From positions 1,492 through 65,491 of the forward strand of contig JANXBY010000019.1 in the NCBI GenBank assembly GCA_025060455.1: 64,000 nucleotides of DNA, read 5' to 3'. Position numbers and translations under genes: made by a program. This stretch comes from Armatimonadota bacterium (GTDB taxonomy: Bacteria > Sysuimicrobiota > Sysuimicrobiia > Sysuimicrobiales > Sysuimicrobiaceae). Below are positions 1 through 9,631 of this stretch, one piece after another; positions within the stretch are counted from its first letter, which is position 1, and the number at the start of each line of letters is the position of its first letter. The notes under the pieces are model-generated. The model did not search any database and was not told where the DNA came from. It saw only the letters and a list, made by a program, of their open reading frames with translations.

Positions 1-216
1 TACGGGCGAGAGGCGATCCGCAGCTTCGGGGTGGAGGATCCCAGGCCGTTTGCCGGGCTGTTCCCAGGCCTGAGCCGGCGGGCGGTGTTCGTGGTGGACC
101 CGCAGGGAACGGTGGTGTACCGGTGGGTGTCCGAGGATCCCAAGGTAGAGCCTCCCTATGAAGACGTAGAGCGGGCCGTGGCCTCCGCGGCGCAAGCCAG
201 CCGCGGGGTGCGTTGA
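1..216 (+). CDS. Peroxiredoxin/AhpC-TSA redoxin family protein, C-terminal fragment (5' end outside window)
   Basis: Frame open from base 1; SRRAVFVVDPQGTVVYRWVSEDPKVEPPY is a typical Prx C-terminus. Confidence 0.8.
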   Translation, partial: YGREAIRSFGVEDPRPFAGLFPGLSRRAVFVVDPQGTVVYRWVSEDPKVEPPYEDVERAVASAAQASRGVR

Positions 217-234
217 GCCGCCGTAGCTGGGCTG

Positions 235-241
235 GTACAAT
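235..241 (+). promoter_or_regulatory. Extended -10 element (TGgTACAAT) for tRNA-Cys
   Basis: TACAAT preceded by TG, about 20 nt upstream of the tRNA. Confidence 0.55.
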
Positions 242-260
242 GGCCCGGGACGCAGTTGGG

Positions 261-334
261 GGCGACGTAGCCAAGAGGCAAGGCAGGGGTCTGCAAAACC
301 CCGATCCCCGGTTCGAATCCGGGCGTCGCCTCCA
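261..334 (+). tRNA. tRNA-Cys (GCA)
   Basis: Cloverleaf: GGCGACG/CGTCGCC acceptor stem, GGGGT-CTGCAAA-ACCCC anticodon arm, CCCGG-TTCGAAT-CCGGG T arm, discriminator U, encoded CCA. Confidence 0.97.
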
Positions 335-340
335 CCTCGG

Positions 341-1345
341 CTAGGGACTTACAGGGCCTGGGCGCCACAGCAGCCACAGGAAAAACGGTACCCCGACCAG
401 GGCGGTGACCGCGCCGACCGGGATCTCCAGAGGAGGGGCCACGGTTCGCGCCAGGAGGTCCGCCCACACCACCACCGCCGCTCCCCACAGCGCCGCGGCG
501 GGTAGGAGGGTCGCGTGGGCCGGGCCGCTCAGCCGCCGCACCGCGTGCGGCACCACCAACCCCACGAACCCCACCAGGCCCGCGGAGGCCACCGCGGCCG
601 CGGTCATGAGGGTCGCAGCGGTCACCAACAGGCCCCGGGCGCGCCGCACCGCCACCCCCGCGGAGGCGGCTTCCTCCTCCCCGAGCAGCAGCACGTCCAG
701 CTCTCGGGCGCTGCCGCGGGCCAGGGCGTAGCCCGCCAGAACCACCGGCCCGGCCAGCCGCACGTGCTCCCACCCACGCCCTCCCAGACTCCCCAACAAC
801 CACGCCAGGGCCTGCTGAAGGGATCCGTGGGAGAGCACCAGCACCACAGACAGCACGGCGGCAAAGAACGTCCCCGCGGCCAGGCCCGACAGCAGCAGGT
901 CCTCAGGCCCGCGTCCGCGGGACGCCGCGAGCCGGTACACCAGGAACACCGCAGCCCCCGCGGAGGCGAACGCCGCCAGGGAAACCGCCACCCCCCCTAA
1001 CCCCGCCGCGATCGCCACCACCGCGCCCAGGGCCGCTCCCGGGGCCACGCCGACCACGTACGGGTCGGCCAGCGGGTTCCGGAACAGGGTCTGGTAGACG
1101 GCGCCCGAGGTCGAAAGGGCAACCCCCACCACCACCGCCAGCACCACCCTGGGTAGCCGGAGCTCCACCACGATGGCGTAGGCCGCACCGTCCGCCGGGG
1201 CGGCGCGCCTGGCGGCGTCGGAAAGGGCCCGCAACACCTCCCCCAGGCTGATGGGAACCGAGCCCGCGGCCAGAGCACACACCATCGTGGCCGCCAGCCA
1301 GCCCCACCCCGCCGCCAACAGCCACCGGGGCCGCCGGGTGCGCAC
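341..1345 (-). CDS. FecCD/BtuC-family iron-chelate or cobalamin ABC permease
   Basis: LRLPRVVLA, QTLFRNPLADP, GFVGLVVPH and EIPVGAVTALVGVPFF motifs. Confidence 0.92.
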   Translation of the reverse strand: MRTRRPRWLLAAGWGWLAATMVCALAAGSVPISLGEVLRALSDAARRAAPADGAAYAIVVELRLPRVVLAVVVGVALSTSGAVYQTLFRNPLADPYVVGVAPGAALGAVVAIAAGLGGVAVSLAAFASAGAAVFLVYRLAASRGRGPEDLLLSGLAAGTFFAAVLSVVLVLSHGSLQQALAWLLGSLGGRGWEHVRLAGPVVLAGYALARGSARELDVLLLGEEEAASAGVAVRRARGLLVTAATLMTAAAVASAGLVGFVGLVVPHAVRRLSGPAHATLLPAAALWGAAVVVWADLLARTVAPPLEIPVGAVTALVGVPFFLWLLWRPGPVSP

Positions 1346-1362
1346 CGCAACGGCCGCCGCCC

Positions 1363-1974
1363 CTACCGGCTGCGGATCAGCGATAGGAACTCCGCCCGGG
1401 TGCGCGCGTCGTCACGGAACAGGCCCCGCATGGCGGAGGTAACCATGAGGCTGCCGGGCTTTTTCACCCCGCGCATGGTCATGCACAGGTGCTCCGCCTC
1501 GATGACCACCGCGGACCCCTTGGCCTTCAGCTCGTCCACCAGGAGGTCCGCGATCTGGGAGGTCAGGCGCTCCTGCACCTGGGGCCGGCGCGCCAAGGTC
1601 TCCACCACCCGCGCCACCTTGCTGATGCCCACGATCCGGCCGTTGGGCACATACCCCACGTGCGCCACGCCGTGGAAGGGCAGCAGGTGGTGCTCGCACA
1701 GGGAGTAGAAGGGGATGTCCTTGAGCACCACCATCTCGTGGTGCCGCTCCTCCTCGAACCCTACCCGCAGGTACTCGCCCGGATCCCGGTGCAGCCCGCT
1801 GAACAGCTCCGCGTACATGGCCGCGATGCGCCGAGGTGTGTCGCGGAGCCCCTCCCGGTCGGGGTCCTCCCCGATGGCCTTCAGGATCTCCACCACCGCG
1901 GCCTCGATGCGCGCGCGGTCCACCGCGGACCGGGGCCGGCTTACCACCTGCCCTGTCACTTCCCGTCGGTCCAT
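1363..1974 (-). CDS. folE: GTP cyclohydrolase I
   Basis: [16 protein letters not shown] and HLCMTMRG motifs. Confidence 0.96.
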   Translation of the reverse strand: MDRREVTGQVVSRPRSAVDRARIEAAVVEILKAIGEDPDREGLRDTPRRIAAMYAELFSGLHRDPGEYLRVGFEEERHHEMVVLKDIPFYSLCEHHLLPFHGVAHVGYVPNGRIVGISKVARVVETLARRPQVQERLTSQIADLLVDELKAKGSAVVIEAEHLCMTMRGVKKPGSLMVTSAMRGLFRDDARTRAEFLSLIRSR

Positions 1975-2001
1975 CTGCGCCCTCCTTCTCCCCGTTCGCA
2001 G

Positions 2002-2892
2002 CTAGCCGGGACCGGTCTGCCGGACGAAGGACTCCGTGGTGTCGGGTACGGGCACCATGCCCAACAGCGCCTCCAGGGTTCTGACCAAGCGTACCGTGAA
2101 CCGCACGTCGTGGGTGCGGACCACCCGTGCGCCCCGCTCCACACCCAACACCACCGCGGCCGCGGTGGCCTCCAGCAGCTCCTCGGGCGGAAGCCGTAGG
2201 ATGTCGCGCAGGTAGTTCTTGCGCGAGGTGGCCAGGTACACCGGGTAGCCCACCGCCAGCAGCTCGTCCAGCCGCCGCAGGAGCTCCACGTCGTGGGCCG
2301 GCGTCTTCCCGAAGCTGAACCCAGGGTCCACCAGGATCCGGTCTGGTGGGAGCCCTGCCTGGCGCGCGCGGCCGGTGCGCTCCCGCAGGAAGCCGTACAC
2401 CTCCGCGAACACGTCGTCGTAGCGTGGATCCACCTGCCGAACCTTGTGGGGGCCGCGGCGGTGCATCACCACCAGCCCTGCCCCGTACTCCGCGGCCAGC
2501 TCTGCCATCTCCGGGTTTTCCAGACCGCTGACGTCGTTGACCGCCACCGCACCGGCCAGGAGGGCCTCCCGCGCCACCTGGGGCTTCACCGTCTCCACCA
2601 CCACCGGCAGGCCCAGCTCGGACCGAACGCGCTCCACCACCGGAACCACGCGCCGGATCTCCTCCTCCGCGGGGACGTGGGGGCCCGGCCGCGCCGACTC
2701 CCCTCCCACCTCGATCAGGTCGGCGCCCTCTTCCGCCATCTCCCGGGCCCGGGCCAGGGCCGAGGGCAGGTCAGGGTGGCGGGCGGCCGCGTAGAAGGAG
2801 TCCGTGGTAATGTTGAGGATCCCCACCACGTACACGCGCCGGGTGAGGTCCAGGACGAGATCGCGAAGCCGCAGCAGGCCCTGGCGCTCCAC
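2002..2892 (-). CDS. folP: Dihydropteroate synthase
   Basis: GILNITTDSF, GGESARPG, DPGFSFGK, SRK and RTHDV motifs. Confidence 0.93.
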   Translation of the reverse strand: MERQGLLRLRDLVLDLTRRVYVVGILNITTDSFYAAARHPDLPSALARAREMAEEGADLIEVGGESARPGPHVPAEEEIRRVVPVVERVRSELGLPVVVETVKPQVAREALLAGAVAVNDVSGLENPEMAELAAEYGAGLVVMHRRGPHKVRQVDPRYDDVFAEVYGFLRERTGRARQAGLPPDRILVDPGFSFGKTPAHDVELLRRLDELLAVGYPVYLATSRKNYLRDILRLPPEELLEATAAAVVLGVERGARVVRTHDVRFTVRLVRTLEALLGMVPVPDTTESFVRQTGPG

Positions 2893-2984
2893 GGTCCCCC
2901 CTATTGTATCCGGCGCGGTTGTGCGTCCCCGTCGTCTAGCAGGGGGCGGGGGCGCGGGCCGCGAAGGTGGGCCGGGTGGCGCGC

Positions 2985-4067
2985 ATGGACCCTCAGGCCA
3001 GGCCTATCCTGCGGGAGGTGCCCGCGTACGTCTCGGGCAGGCGTCACGCCGCCGGGGTACCGTGCGACGTGCTCCTGGCCTCCAACGAAAACCCCCTCGG
3101 CCCCTCTCCTCTCGCCCTGGAAGCCCTGGAACGCGCGCGGCTGGGGTGGGCCCGCTACCCCGAGGACGACTGCGCAGATCTGCGGCAAGCCCTCGCAGAC
3201 CGGCTCGGTGTGCCTCCCGCCTGCGTGGCAGTCGGTGCGGGTAGCACCGCCCTGCTGAAGCTGCTGGCGGAGGCGTACCTGGACCGGCACCGGTTGCTGG
3301 TGTGCGCCTGGCCCAGCTTCCCCTATTACCCGGTGGTGGCGCAGCTGCAGGAAGCGCGCACGGTATCCGTTCCCCTGGACGGCCAAGGGCGACACGACCT
3401 CCCGCGGATGGCGGACCACGCCGCGGCTGCGTCGGTGGTAGTGGTGTGCAACCCCAACAACCCCACCGGCACCTACGTGAGCAAAGCGGAGCTCGAGGCG
3501 TTCTTGGACCGTCTGCCGGACCAGGTCCTGGTGGTCGTAGACGAGGCGTACGGGGAGTTCGCGCGGGCGGCGGCGGCCGACTACCCGGACGGGGTCCGGT
3601 GGGTGCGGGAAGGGCGCAGGGTGGCGGTGCTGCGCACCTTTTCCAAGGTGTACGGGCTGGCAGGGCTGAGGGTGGGCTACCTGGTGGCGCCCGCGGAGGT
3701 GGTGGAGGCGGTGAGGCGGGTACAGGAGCCCTTCCAGGTGTCCTCGCCCGCTCAGGCCGCGGCCCTGGCAGCCTTGGAGGACTCCGAGCACGTGGCCCGC
3801 ACCCTCCAGGTGGTGGCCGAAGGGCGGCAGCGGCTGCACCAGCTGGCCCGCCAGCTGGGCCTTGGCACCTATCCCAGCGTGGCCAACTTCGTGTGGATGG
3901 ACGTGCGGCGCCCCGCCGAACAACTGGCGGCCCAGCTGATGCGCCACGGGGTCCTGGTCCGCCCGGGGCCGCCGGGGACCACGTGGGTGCGCGTGTCCGT
4001 GGGGACGCCGGAGGAGATCGGTCGGTTCGAGGACGCGTTGCGGGCCGCACTGGGCGCTTCCGGTTGA
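2985..4067 (+). CDS. hisC: Histidinol-phosphate aminotransferase
   Basis: LASNENP, NPNNPTG, DEAY and RTFSKVYGLAGLRVGY (PLP lysine); start at ATG 2985 estimated. Confidence 0.88.
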   Translation: MDPQARPILREVPAYVSGRRHAAGVPCDVLLASNENPLGPSPLALEALERARLGWARYPEDDCADLRQALADRLGVPPACVAVGAGSTALLKLLAEAYLDRHRLLVCAWPSFPYYPVVAQLQEARTVSVPLDGQGRHDLPRMADHAAAASVVVVCNPNNPTGTYVSKAELEAFLDRLPDQVLVVVDEAYGEFARAAAADYPDGVRWVREGRRVAVLRTFSKVYGLAGLRVGYLVAPAEVVEAVRRVQEPFQVSSPAQAAALAALEDSEHVARTLQVVAEGRQRLHQLARQLGLGTYPSVANFVWMDVRRPAEQLAAQLMRHGVLVRPGPPGTTWVRVSVGTPEEIGRFEDALRAALGASG

Positions 4068-4139
4068 CGGCAGGGGTGGTTGGAAGCGGCGGAGAATTAG
4101 AAGCCGCTGCACAGAACCTGCGGGAAGGGGGAACGGTGT

Positions 4140-5375
4140 ATGGCCGCTCGTCGATGGTGGGTGCTGCTGGCGGTGGGCGCGCTGGCCGCGGCCTCTGTGG
4201 CGGGTGCAGGGGCCGCGCCCGCGGTCCGGTTCGACCGCAACATCAAGGTCGGGGTGGTGGACACCTACAGCGGGCCGCCCGCGGTGTTCGGCAACGACGC
4301 CCTGAACGGCTTCCGCCTTGCCCTACAGGAGATCAACCGGGACGGGATCCACGGGGCCCGCATCGAGTTCGTCACCCGGGACGAGCGCTTCAGCCCGGAG
4401 ATCGGGCTCAGCATGGCGCGGGAGCTGGTGCTGCAGGAGCGGGTGGACCTGCTGGTGGGCACCATCAACAGCGCCACGGCCCTGGCCATTTCCGCCTTCG
4501 CCCGGGAGCAGCGGGTTCCCTTCATTGTGTGGATCTCCAAGAGCGAGGACATCACCGGCGCCCGCGGGCACCGGTACGTTTTCAGCACCACGGAGAACAC
4601 CGCCATGGCGGGCAAGGCGCTGGCGGAAGCGGTGGCGCGTCGCGGCTTTACCCGGTTCTGGCTGGCGGCGGAGGACTACGAGTACGGCCACCGGGTGACC
4701 AACTCCTTCTGGCGCTTCATGAAGCGGGCCAAGCCCGAAGCAACCCTGGTGGGACAGACGTGGTGGCGGACGGGGGAGCCGGACCTGGTCCCCTACCTCA
4801 CCCAGATCCTGCAGGCCCGGCCGCAGGCGGTGTTCTTCGGCACCGGGGGCGCGGGAATGGCAAACGTGTTGCGGACCATGCAGGTAATCGGGTTCGCCCA
4901 GCGGGTGCCCTCGGCCATCCACACCGCCATCGACGTGACGGTCCTGAGGCCCCTGGGTGCCGCGGCCCCAGAGGGGGTGTTCGGCACCACGGACTACCTG
5001 TACTACTACCCGGACACGCCCGCCAACCGGAAGTTCGTCCAGGACTTCCAGGCCGCGTACGGCTCCCCGCCCGGCTTCCCCGCGTTCCATGGGTACATCA
5101 CCGCGTACTTCATCGCGGAGGCGTACCGCAAGGCCCGGTCGCTGGACCGGGACCGGTTCGTGGAGGCCCTGGAGGGGCTGCGGATCCAGACCCCCGTGGG
5201 CGAGGTGGAGATGCGGGCGTGCGACCACCAAGCGGTCCTCCCCATGATCTTCGGGGTCACGCGCCGCGACCCCGGGTTCCCCCACCTGGTGGCCGGCGAC
5301 CCCGTTGTCCTCCCCGGGCGTGACGTGATGCCCACGTGTGACGACGTCCGACGCGCCCGGGAGCAGGCCCGGTAA
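4140..5375 (+). CDS. Branched-chain amino acid-type (Liv/Peripla_BP_6) ABC substrate-binding protein
   Basis: Signal peptide, VGTINSA, DYEYG and MRACDHQ motifs; first gene of a Liv operon. Confidence 0.9.
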   Translation: MAARRWWVLLAVGALAAASVAGAGAAPAVRFDRNIKVGVVDTYSGPPAVFGNDALNGFRLALQEINRDGIHGARIEFVTRDERFSPEIGLSMARELVLQERVDLLVGTINSATALAISAFAREQRVPFIVWISKSEDITGARGHRYVFSTTENTAMAGKALAEAVARRGFTRFWLAAEDYEYGHRVTNSFWRFMKRAKPEATLVGQTWWRTGEPDLVPYLTQILQARPQAVFFGTGGAGMANVLRTMQVIGFAQRVPSAIHTAIDVTVLRPLGAAAPEGVFGTTDYLYYYPDTPANRKFVQDFQAAYGSPPGFPAFHGYITAYFIAEAYRKARSLDRDRFVEALEGLRIQTPVGEVEMRACDHQAVLPMIFGVTRRDPGFPHLVAGDPVVLPGRDVMPTCDDVRRAREQAR

Positions 5376-5378
5376 GCG

Positions 5379-6257
5379 GTGGACGCTGCTGCCCTCTTGG
5401 GCCAGCTGGTGGTGGGCCTCAGCCGAGCGATGATCCTGTTCATCGTCTCGGCGGGACTCACCCTGGTCCTGGGGGTGCTCCGGGTCCCCAACGTGTTCCA
5501 CGGTTCCCTGTACATGTTGGGAGCGTTCGTGGCGTGGACGGTGGCGGAGGCCGCGGGCTTCCACCCCGCCGCCTTCTGGCTAGCCCTGGCCGCGGGCCCC
5601 GTGGCCACCGCGCTGGTGGGCCTGGCGGTGGAGCGGGTGTTGCTGTCGCGGCTGTACCACCGGGAGCACCTGATGCTGATCCTGTTCACCTTCGGGGTGA
5701 TGCTGATCCTCAACGACCTCGTGAAGCTGCTGTGGGGCCCCACCTACCGGTCCCTGGTGCCACCGCCTTCCCTGCAGGGGGCGGTCACGGTCCTGGGGGT
5801 TGCCCTGCCCAAGTTCAACCTGGTGCTGCTGGCCGCCGGCCCCCTGGTGGCATGGGGGCTGTGGCTGTTCGCCCACCGCACCCGCGCGGGCAAGGTGGCC
5901 CGCGCTGCCGCCACTGATCGGGACATGGTGGCGGTGCTGGGCACCGACGTCAGCCGCGTGTTCGGCATGGCGTTCGCCCTCGGGTGCCTGCTGGCAGGGC
6001 TGGGCGGGGCCCTGGTAGCTCCCACCACCAGCATCACCCTGGGCATGGACCACAGCCTGCTCATCGACAGCTTCCTCATCGTGATCGTGGGCGGACTGGG
6101 CAACCTGTGGGGTGCCCTGGTGGGCTCCCTGCTGTTCGGCGTGACGCAGTCGGTGGGACTGCTGGTGTGGCCGCAGTTCGCGGTGGCGTTCCCGTACGCG
6201 GTCACCGCGGCGGTGCTCCTGATCCGGCCCACAGGGCTTTTGCGGTCCGCGTGGTGA
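5379..6257 (+). CDS. livH: Liv-type ABC permease (LivH-like)
   Basis: GLTLVLGVLRVPNVFHGSLYMLG and IVGGLGNLWGA motifs; hydrophobic. Confidence 0.85.
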   Translation: MDAAALLGQLVVGLSRAMILFIVSAGLTLVLGVLRVPNVFHGSLYMLGAFVAWTVAEAAGFHPAAFWLALAAGPVATALVGLAVERVLLSRLYHREHLMLILFTFGVMLILNDLVKLLWGPTYRSLVPPPSLQGAVTVLGVALPKFNLVLLAAGPLVAWGLWLFAHRTRAGKVARAAATDRDMVAVLGTDVSRVFGMAFALGCLLAGLGGALVAPTTSITLGMDHSLLIDSFLIVIVGGLGNLWGALVGSLLFGVTQSVGLLVWPQFAVAFPYAVTAAVLLIRPTGLLRSAW

Positions 6258-7210
6258 GCGGCTGGATCCTGGTGGGGCTTCTGGCGGCTGCCCTGGCGGT
6301 GGCGCCCGTGGTACTGCCGCCCTTCTTGCTGTACCTGCTGGCCCTGATCCTGGTGACCGGCCTGCTGGCCACCAGCCTGAACCTGGTGCTGGGCTACGGC
6401 GGGCTGTACCAGTTCCACCACGGGGTGTTCTACGGGATCGGCGCGTACGTGGCCGCGGTGGCCATCACGCGGCTGGACTGGCCGGCGTGGCTGGCGTTCG
6501 CTGCGGGTCCCGTGGCCGCCGCGGCCGCGGGCCTGGTGATCGGGTTCTTCTGCGTGCGCCTCTCGCGGCTGTACTTCGGAATGCTCCAGCTGTCCCTGGG
6601 ATCGTTCGTGTGGATCGTGGCCCTCCGATGGTACCCCGTAACGGGCGGGGACAACGGGATCCACGGCATCCCCGTCCCTGCTGCCCTGCAGAGCCTCCCC
6701 GCCGCCTACGCTCTGGTGGCGGTGGTGGTGGCGGGCTGCCTGGCAGCCCTGTGGGCGGTGGTCCGGTCACCCTTCGGGCTCACCCTGCAGGCCATCCGGG
6801 ACAACCCCCAGCGCTCGGAGGTCATGGGGGTCGACGTGCGGGCGCACCAGCTGGCCGCGATGGTGCTCGCGGCGTTCTTCGCGGGCGTGGCGGGGGTCCT
6901 GTACGTGGCGCTGGAGCGGTCGGTGTTCCCGAACATGCTGTTTTGGGTGCTGTCCCTAGAAATCCTGGTAATGTGCCTGCTGGGCGGGTGGTTCACCTTC
7001 TCCGGCCCCCTGGTGGGTGCGGCGGTGGTGGTGGGGCTGCGCACCCTGGTGGGACGGTACACGGAGTACTGGACGCTGGTGCTGGGCGTGCTGCTCATCC
7101 TCCTGATCTTCTTCCTACCGGAGGGGATCATGGGACATCTGCAGCAGCGGTGGGGTGCGCACCGTACCGTGGCCCCACGGCCGGCCCCCGCGGGGGACGC
7201 CCGTGGCTGA
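6254..7210 (+). CDS. livM: Liv-type ABC permease (LivM-like)
   Basis: SLNLVLGYGG, TGGDNGIHG and SPFGLTLQAIRDN motifs; GTGA overlap with the previous stop. Confidence 0.85.
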   Translation: MSGWILVGLLAAALAVAPVVLPPFLLYLLALILVTGLLATSLNLVLGYGGLYQFHHGVFYGIGAYVAAVAITRLDWPAWLAFAAGPVAAAAAGLVIGFFCVRLSRLYFGMLQLSLGSFVWIVALRWYPVTGGDNGIHGIPVPAALQSLPAAYALVAVVVAGCLAALWAVVRSPFGLTLQAIRDNPQRSEVMGVDVRAHQLAAMVLAAFFAGVAGVLYVALERSVFPNMLFWVLSLEILVMCLLGGWFTFSGPLVGAAVVVGLRTLVGRYTEYWTLVLGVLLILLIFFLPEGIMGHLQQRWGAHRTVAPRPAPAGDARG

Positions 7211-8687
7211 CCTGCTCCGCGTGCAGGACCTGTGGAGGTCCTACGGCGGCTTCCCGGCGGTCCGGGGCGCCTCCCTGCGCGTGGCCGCGGGGGAGGTGGT
7301 GGCCGTCATCGGGCCCAACGGCGCCGGAAAGACCACTCTGTTCAACCTGATCACGGGGGTTCTGCTGCCCGATCGGGGCCGGGTGTGGTTCGCCGGGGCG
7401 GACGTGACCCGCTGGCCGGCCCACCGGAGGTGCCGCGCGGGGGTCGGGCGCACGTTCCAGATCGCCAACGTGTTCCCCCGGCTGTCGGTGTTCGACAATG
7501 TGCACGCCGCCTGCCTGGCGCATGCCCGCAAGGGCTTTGAGCTGCTCCGGGCCGCGCGGCGGTTCGCGGTGGACGAAGCCCGGCGGATTTTGCAGCTCAC
7601 CGGCCTGGAGGCCTACGCGGACCGGCTGGCGGGAACCCTGTCCCACGGTGACCAGCGAATTCTGGAGATCGCCCTGGCCCTGGCCAGCCGGCCGCGGCTG
7701 CTGGTGCTGGACGAGCCCACCGCGGGCATGTCCCCGGAGGAGACCATCTCCACCCTCCAGCTGATCGCACGGCTGAACCGGGAGCACGGGCTGTCGGTGC
7801 TGTTCTGCGAGCACGACATGGAGGTGGTATTCTCTACCGCGCACCGGGTGGTGGTGATGCACCAGGGCCGGACCATCGCCGAGGGGACTCCGGGCGAGGT
7901 CCGCTCCAATCCCGAGGTGCAGCGGGCGTACCTGGGAGGGGAGGAAGCAGAGGCCGCGGAGGCCCGTACGCGGACGGAGCGGTCCGGGGGCCCCGTAATG
8001 CTGGACGTAGAAGGGGTGCACGCGTACTACGGCCTCAGCCACGTGCTGTTTGACGTCTCCCTGCAGGTGCAGGAAGGCGAGGCGGTGTTCCTGCTCGGCC
8101 GGAACGGCGCGGGCAAGAGCACCACCCTGAAGAGCGTGGTAGGGTTGGTCCCGCCGCGGCGCGGGTCGGTGCGGTACCGGGGCCACGACCTGACGGGTCT
8201 TTCCCCCCACCAGGTGGCCCGGTTGGGCGTGGGCTACGTCCCTGATGACCGCCGCATCTTCCCGGACCTGACGGTGCTGGAGAACCTGGAGGTGGCCGCC
8301 CGCGGGACCGGGTACTGGACGTTGGAGCGCGTCTTCGAGCTGTTCCCGGTCCTGCGGGAAAAGCGCCACCACCGCGGCAGCCACCTGTCGGGCGGGGAGC
8401 AGAAGATGCTGGCCATCGCCCGGGCCCTGGTGGGCAACCCGGACCTGCTGTTGCTGGACGAGCCCATGGAAGGGTTGGCCCCGAGGTTGGTCCGCGTGCT
8501 GGAAGAGCGCATCCAGCAGCTGAAGGCCCAGGGGCTGACGGTGCTGCTGGCCGAGCAGAACGTGGCTTCAGCCCTGCGGCTGGCGGACCGCGGCTACGTC
8601 ATCGACGACGGCCGGATCCGGTTCGAGGGGTCGGTCCAGGAGTTGCGGGAAAACCACGAGGTGCGGCGCCGGTACCTGATGGTGTGA
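7203..8687 (+). CDS. Liv-type ABC ATPases LivG + LivF present as one in-frame ORF (second domain starts at ATG 7998)
   Basis: Two Walker A motifs (GPNGAGKT, GRNGAGKS) and two Walker B motifs (LDEP), with no stop between them. Confidence 0.85.
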   Translation: MADLLRVQDLWRSYGGFPAVRGASLRVAAGEVVAVIGPNGAGKTTLFNLITGVLLPDRGRVWFAGADVTRWPAHRRCRAGVGRTFQIANVFPRLSVFDNVHAACLAHARKGFELLRAARRFAVDEARRILQLTGLEAYADRLAGTLSHGDQRILEIALALASRPRLLVLDEPTAGMSPEETISTLQLIARLNREHGLSVLFCEHDMEVVFSTAHRVVVMHQGRTIAEGTPGEVRSNPEVQRAYLGGEEAEAAEARTRTERSGGPVMLDVEGVHAYYGLSHVLFDVSLQVQEGEAVFLLGRNGAGKSTTLKSVVGLVPPRRGSVRYRGHDLTGLSPHQVARLGVGYVPDDRRIFPDLTVLENLEVAARGTGYWTLERVFELFPVLREKRHHRGSHLSGGEQKMLAIARALVGNPDLLLLDEPMEGLAPRLVRVLEERIQQLKAQGLTVLLAEQNVASALRLADRGYVIDDGRIRFEGSVQELRENHEVRRRYLMV

Positions 8688-9600
8688 CCCCGTACACCCG
8701 CGGCCGGGCACTCACCAACGCCACCCCGCCTGCGACGAGCGGCAGCCCCGCGATGGGTTGGGCCCCACAGGCACTCCCAGCAGCAGCCACCCCCACGATG
8801 CCGCGGTGGCCCGGTTCAGGTAGGTCACCAACGCGGTCTGGGTGGGGCTCACGTGGAGCACCAGGTGGTCGCAAAGCAGGTCGCCCACCGCGCTGCCGAA
8901 CACGGACAGCGCCAGAGTGCTCCCACCGCCTCGCGGGACGGGCGCGCCGGCCAGCCGCCGGCGGCCGCGGCCGGGGCCATGGCCAGGGCACCGCCCAGCA
9001 GCGACCCCGCGGCCAGGGACACCGGGCCGGTGCGGGGGAAGGTGCGCCGGGCGTGCAGGATGCCCCACGCGTACAGCGCCGAGGCCAGCACCACCGCCCC
9101 TGCACCCAGGACGTCCGCAGCCCGAGCACTAGCGGGGTCTGCGCCCACCAACCTGACGCCCACACCCAACAGCTTCGGGACCTCCAAGGGCTCGGTGCGG
9201 GTTCCGCCCCCCAGCAGCACGGCCCACAGCGGCGTGGTGGCCTTTTAGGATAGAGGCGGCGCCGCTGGTGATGGTGCGCTCGCCCCACGCGATCAGGCTG
9301 ATGGCCGACACGTGGTGGTGGATCGCCTTCGCGACCGCGCTCGCCCCACGCGATCAGGCTGATGAGATCCCCCGCTGACCGCACCGAGGAACACCAGCCG
9401 GGCCCCCGTGGCGGGGAGGCGTCGGAAGGGTCGGCGTTGCGCTGCCACCACCGCGGCCAGCAACAGGCCGGCAAGGCCCAGCCGCACGGCCACGAGGGTT
9501 GTGGGCGGGAAATCGCCCACCGCCACTTGATCGACAGGTAAGACGTGCCCAGAAGAGGCCCCAGTCCCAGCAGCGCCGCCCAGTCCTTCCGCCGCACCAC
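8684..9600 (-). pseudogene. EamA/DMT-family transporter, multiply frameshifted
   Basis: Fragments in different frames: GTSYLSIK / VGDFPPTTLVAVRLGLAG / SLIAWGERTITSGAASIL / VSPTQTALVTYLN; contains a 61 bp insertion-duplication. Confidence 0.85.
9276..9364 (+). repeat. Exact 28 bp direct repeat (GCGCTCGCCCCACGCGATCAGGCTGATG) flanking a 33 bp unique insert
   Basis: Copies at 9276-9303 and 9337-9364; flanking bases differ on both sides; insert at 9304-9336. Confidence 0.93.
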
Positions 9601-9631
9601 CGTCCCCAGGGCCGGCGCAGGGCGTACGCGC

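Noticed and set aside
261-334. tRNA-Cys as the integration site of a genomic island
   Set aside because: No integrase, no duplicated tRNA 3' end noticed, and the flanking genes are housekeeping with uniform composition.
9276-9364. Calling the two 28 bp repeats a functional CRISPR array
   Set aside because: Only two repeats, no AT-rich leader, no cas genes in the window, and the repeat is EamA coding sequence. It is kept only as a possible ectopic integration scar.
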